Positions 6,631 through 10,017 of a DNA stretch of 10,017 nt are shown here, piece by piece. Position 1 is the stretch's first letter. Every line of letters begins with the position of its first letter. The notes under the pieces are model-generated. The model saw only the letters and a list, made by a program, of their open reading frames with translations. It was not told where the DNA came from and searched no databases. Origin of the DNA: an uncultured archaeon (GTDB lineage Archaea; Asgardarchaeota; Lokiarchaeia; Sigyniarchaeales; SOKP01); assembly GCA_964388035.1 (NCBI GenBank), contig CAYLZE010000128.1, positions 1 to 10,017 on the forward strand, given 5' to 3'. Position numbers and translations under genes: made by a program.

Positions 6631-9045
6631 TTAAAAACTAAAGAAACTTTCAAGTGATTTCTGTTCAGAATTCCGATCTTGGTCAAATTTAATTAATTCA
6701 TCTAATCCCGGTATTTCAAAAGGAAATAGGTTCTCAAATGCTCTTTTTAATAGTTCAACATACTTCTTTCTATCATATTGATGCGTTTTTTCTTCGTACA
6801 ATTCAGTAAGAAGAACCTTTTTGTGAGGAAAATCGGGATGTGCATCGGCATTTGTGATAATATAATTTACTTTTTTTCCAGGCGTGGCGGGAATCCCTGA
6901 TTTTTCTAACTGTCTTGCCGCCACGGCTTGATATGAATTCACTTTATAGAGGGAGGGCTTACGAGAAATATGTTGACAAATCGAAAGCTCCTTTTTTGAC
7001 ACCTTCCCCATATTAATTCGAGAAACATACTGAAAAAACAAGTTTTTTGCCACAGACATTCTCTCTTGGAACTCTTTCATGCTTCTTGCTCCTCTAAAAG
7101 ATTCAATAAATTTCTTTTGAGCTGTTCTCACGATATTTGGAGTATCATGGCGTCGAATTTCAATTCCGCGCACTTTTATTTCACCGTTGGATTTAATTCC
7201 CCAATAATGATTCAACGTGGGCACCTCAGGTTCAGCTTGCGAAGGAAGAAACACGACAAAGTCAAACTGGCCATCCCAACTCATGGGAATCTTCGTTTCT
7301 TTCGTGATTTCTTCTGCCACTTTTTTCGTAACTCTTTCAAACTCTTCAGAAGTCCTGCCTTCCGTGTCTTGAAGCCATAGGGAATCCACGATGCCATGAA
7401 TTACCTTACACCCATGCATTTTAGCAATTTCATAAGCACGCATCAGAAATTCTCTTGCAAAAGCACATACCGTCTGATGAGCCTCAATTTTTCCAAAACG
7501 TGCATTTTTAAACCCTAAATATCCAAAACTCACGACAAGTACCCATTTGAGAGCGATATCCATGAATTTATAGCGCAAGTTATTAGTTTTTCGCACGTAT
7601 TCTTTACATTCCAATCTTTTTCTTAAAGGCAAACCAATTGATTTTGAGATGATACCTTCTCTTTTCGAACAAATATGAAAATCCAATCCCGGAACTTTAA
7701 TCCCCGTTCCATCATTTTTGCAACACTGGCAATTGAGAGTTTCTGAGGAGATATTATAATTTGTCATTAGCGAAGGATACATCGAAGAGAAGTCCAATTC
7801 TACCACGTGATCGAATATCCCAATTAAAGGTTCAAAGATATGTCCTCCTCTATCCCCTTTTATCAAGTCAATTCCAGAACGGAAATCCTCCGGACTCTTC
7901 TTGAACGGGGGAATCAAGTGATCTAGCTGATAGGCATTATAAAATTGAATGGATTGTAATGCTCCACCAATTGTCACCCGGCATAATCGCTGGAGAGGTA
8001 CTCGCGAGATGCGGGCTACTTCTATCACGCCAGGAATGTTACCCTCACTAAAATGCAAGCTTCCGTAGGTGGTAGTATCCAAATGAAAGCGCCCAGTGAA
8101 GTATACTTGGGTTTTCGAGCGCCTTCTTATTATTCCATAGGACATGTAATGATCCGCACTCCCCGAAAGCTCAAAAATGCAATGCATCAAGGGAGTTTTG
8201 TCCCTTGAAAAATAAAGATCATTTGACACCTGATTCACCGATGCCCGCGCTGCAAGATAAGGAAAAATGAATTCGTCCCCTCCTTGCGTGAGAATGATGT
8301 CGGGATCGAGTTTATCAACTACTCGAGCAATTGCTTTTATAGTTTCTGCCTCATCTGCTTTATCGATGAGGATTGACCTCCTTCTTATCCCATCCGAACG
8401 GGGGATATCGTGCTTTTCATCTTTCTCCACGATGCTGATTTCTGCGTGGGAAAGCGGGTCACTATAGTAAGGACGCAATTCGCGACTTTGAATCGTGATA
8501 TCCAACCAGATAGCTTTTAAAGGGGGCAAATCATAAAAGAGGGTCTCATTAGTATCACGCAACTCCAAGCGTTTCAGTCTCACTTGAGTGATTTTTCCTT
8601 TTTGACGTTTCCCATTTTCCACCGTGAAGTGACAGAAAGATATTGGAAACAAGTCTCTTACATAGAAATACATTTGCGAAATGGGGAGATCCGTATTATA
8701 GAGAATAAAGAGATCAATTTCACCTATCTCTTGTATGGTTTTTTTGAATAAAGAAGGTTTTTTCACGGAAACGCCAAAGATCTTGGACTTTATGGGATCC
8801 TCGAGTTTTGCATATTTCTCGCAGATGCGCACTTTTTTAACATTGGGATGCCCCCTCAAAATGCTCTCCAAGCGCTTCAAGTCGTTTCCAGTGGTTACAC
8901 GGGGAACCGCAAAGAATTCGGGGCAGAAAGTATCATTAATCTGGATTACTTTCCCATTCTCTTTTCTTTTTATCCAAAGTGTGACTCCTGCGTCATGCGT
9001 TGACACATCTAAAAGCCAACCATCAAACTCTTCTAGCTCCCTCAA
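6631..9045 (-). CDS. polB2: family B DNA polymerase, archaeal PolB2 group (exonuclease-deficient)
   Basis: Motif A ELDFSSMYPS, motif B KWVLVVSFGYLG, motif C IHGIVDSLW, thumb KVRGIEIRRHD. Degenerate ExoI (LDIT) and ExoII (QGGDEFIFPYL). TTG start 2 nt after the upstream stop. Confidence 0.92.
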   Translation of the reverse strand: MRELEEFDGWLLDVSTHDAGVTLWIKRKENGKVIQINDTFCPEFFAVPRVTTGNDLKRLESILRGHPNVKKVRICEKYAKLEDPIKSKIFGVSVKKPSLFKKTIQEIGEIDLFILYNTDLPISQMYFYVRDLFPISFCHFTVENGKRQKGKITQVRLKRLELRDTNETLFYDLPPLKAIWLDITIQSRELRPYYSDPLSHAEISIVEKDEKHDIPRSDGIRRRSILIDKADEAETIKAIARVVDKLDPDIILTQGGDEFIFPYLAARASVNQVSNDLYFSRDKTPLMHCIFELSGSADHYMSYGIIRRRSKTQVYFTGRFHLDTTTYGSLHFSEGNIPGVIEVARISRVPLQRLCRVTIGGALQSIQFYNAYQLDHLIPPFKKSPEDFRSGIDLIKGDRGGHIFEPLIGIFDHVVELDFSSMYPSLMTNYNISSETLNCQCCKNDGTGIKVPGLDFHICSKREGIISKSIGLPLRKRLECKEYVRKTNNLRYKFMDIALKWVLVVSFGYLGFKNARFGKIEAHQTVCAFAREFLMRAYEIAKMHGCKVIHGIVDSLWLQDTEGRTSEEFERVTKKVAEEITKETKIPMSWDGQFDFVVFLPSQAEPEVPTLNHYWGIKSNGEIKVRGIEIRRHDTPNIVRTAQKKFIESFRGARSMKEFQERMSVAKNLFFQYVSRINMGKVSKKELSICQHISRKPSLYKVNSYQAVAARQLEKSGIPATPGKKVNYIITNADAHPDFPHKKVLLTELYEEKTHQYDRKKYVELLKRAFENLFPFEIPGLDELIKFDQDRNSEQKSLESFFSF

Positions 9046-9047
9046 TT

Positions 9048-9320
9048 CTAATCCTTTTCCTTGATGATCTCTTCCATTTTTTTAATTCTTTCTTCCAGCA
9101 TCTCGATTTTCTTCTCTTGCTCGATTGCAAATGAAAAAAATAGAACTTCCGACAACATTAGGCGAGCCGATAAACTACCCGCATCCGCATGAACTCGAGC
9201 AAAATTCATTAATTTATCAAATACTCGCTTATCCTCCGGTCTTAATGCTCGTTTAAAATCTTTCCAGCTTTCAATTTCGTGTTCTAATGCAGGTCTAAAA
9301 GAAGGAACAGTTCTTCCCAT
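9048..9320 (-). CDS. PolB2-associated small helical protein (arCOG07300-like)
   Basis: MGRTVPSFR...W..FKRALR.ED...FD.L pattern typical of the small gene preceding polB2, with a C-terminal coiled coil. GAGGT SD-like sequence upstream; abuts polB2. Confidence 0.85.
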   Translation of the reverse strand: MGRTVPSFRPALEHEIESWKDFKRALRPEDKRVFDKLMNFARVHADAGSLSARLMLSEVLFFSFAIEQEKKIEMLEERIKKMEEIIKEKD

Positions 9321-9782
9321 AACATCACTACCTCTTTTCAGTTCACCTTATAATTCCCAGAACACAAATGATTGTAATGATTTTAAATGATACACTGAAG
9401 AAGTTTTCTGGTTTTTAAAAAAATTGGCAATATTTACTTTTTAAATTGGTTTTTAAATTAAATGGGTTAACTTCGATATAAGAGAATTTTTTCTTCCAAG
9501 ATGTTTAATCATAAATGCAATTCCCTCTCATTTAAGAAGTTTGTACTAGAATTTTAAATGTCGTGAACCTTTTTCAGAAAATATGTTATTTGCATAAAGA
9601 AGAGTGAATTATTTTTTCATAGTCATTTTTTATATATTAATTCTTTAACGAATTTGTGATATCTATCAATGGAGTGATAATATACTTCTTAACACCATAA
9701 AGAAATTTTTTTCATCAAGTATTTTATTCTAATGCTATATTGATTATTTCATTAATAAGAAAAAAAAAAAGAATTATTATAG

Positions 9783-10017
9783 TTATATAAGATTTTGACT
9801 TCTTTTAAATGCAAGATAATAGAACTTTTTATGTATTTTTTTAAAAATGAAATCTTTGTTCAGAATTATCAGTGTGTTTGCATGTATTAATGATGCGCTC
9901 TCTTTTTCTTTTAATGCTTCCGGTTCCCTTTCTTTTTCTTCCATTCGCTTTTCCAAAGCACTTCTGAAGGCTTTTTCAAATGCTTTTTCAAATGCTTTTT
10001 CAAATGCTTTTTCAAAT
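9783..10017 (-). CDS. 3' part of an ORF entering from the right edge, with (FEKA)n repeat and charged helical segment
   Basis: Open frame 10016-9783: FEKAFEKAFEKAFEKAFRSALEKRMEEKEREPEALKEKESASLIHANTLIILNKDFIFKKIHKKFYYLAFKRSQNLI*. The start lies outside the window. Confidence 0.55.
   Translation of the reverse strand, partial: FEKAFEKAFEKAFEKAFRSALEKRMEEKEREPEALKEKESASLIHANTLIILNKDFIFKKIHKKFYYLAFKRSQNLI
9970..10017. repeat. perfect tandem repeat (GCTTTTTCAAAT) x4, truncated by the window end
   Basis: Copies at 9970-9981, 9982-9993, 9994-10005 and 10006-10017. Confidence 0.97.

Noticed and set aside
7066-9064. Plus-strand ORFs 7066-7380, 8267-8467 and 8735-9064
   Set aside because: Antisense shadows of polB2.
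6631-9320. Casposon, viral or pipolin-type mobile PolB
   Set aside because: Motifs fit cellular PolB2, not protein-primed PolB. No Cas1, integrase, capsid gene or terminal repeats in the window, and the GC difference from other core genes here is not convincing by eye.
9970-10017. CRISPR array or iteron interpretation of the terminal repeat
   Set aside because: 12-bp head-to-tail units without spacers, in frame with an ORF, and no cas or rep genes.

Overview
AT-rich, archaeal-looking chromosomal segment. The gene mix of an SDS22-like LRR protein and a PolB2 with its small partner suggests Asgard/Lokiarchaeia, but that is inference. From left to right: a PLP-dependent class I/II aminotransferase (DapL-like); a minus-strand cluster of small ORFs (63 aa, plus unannotated 41, 24-27 and 26 aa ORFs) around a region rich in inverted repeats and an LRR gene; two tandem 440-aa family 4 glycoside hydrolase paralogs with non-canonical CHQV/CHQI motifs; a small 2-TM protein; and a two-gene operon. 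The operon encodes an arCOG07300-like helical protein and a PolB2-type DNA polymerase with a dead exonuclease, altered motifs B and C, a Cys4 cluster and a canonical C-terminal PIP box. At the right edge is a truncated ORF with a perfect 12-bp tandem repeat encoding (FEKA)n. No rRNA, tRNA, CRISPR array or transposase was recognised.
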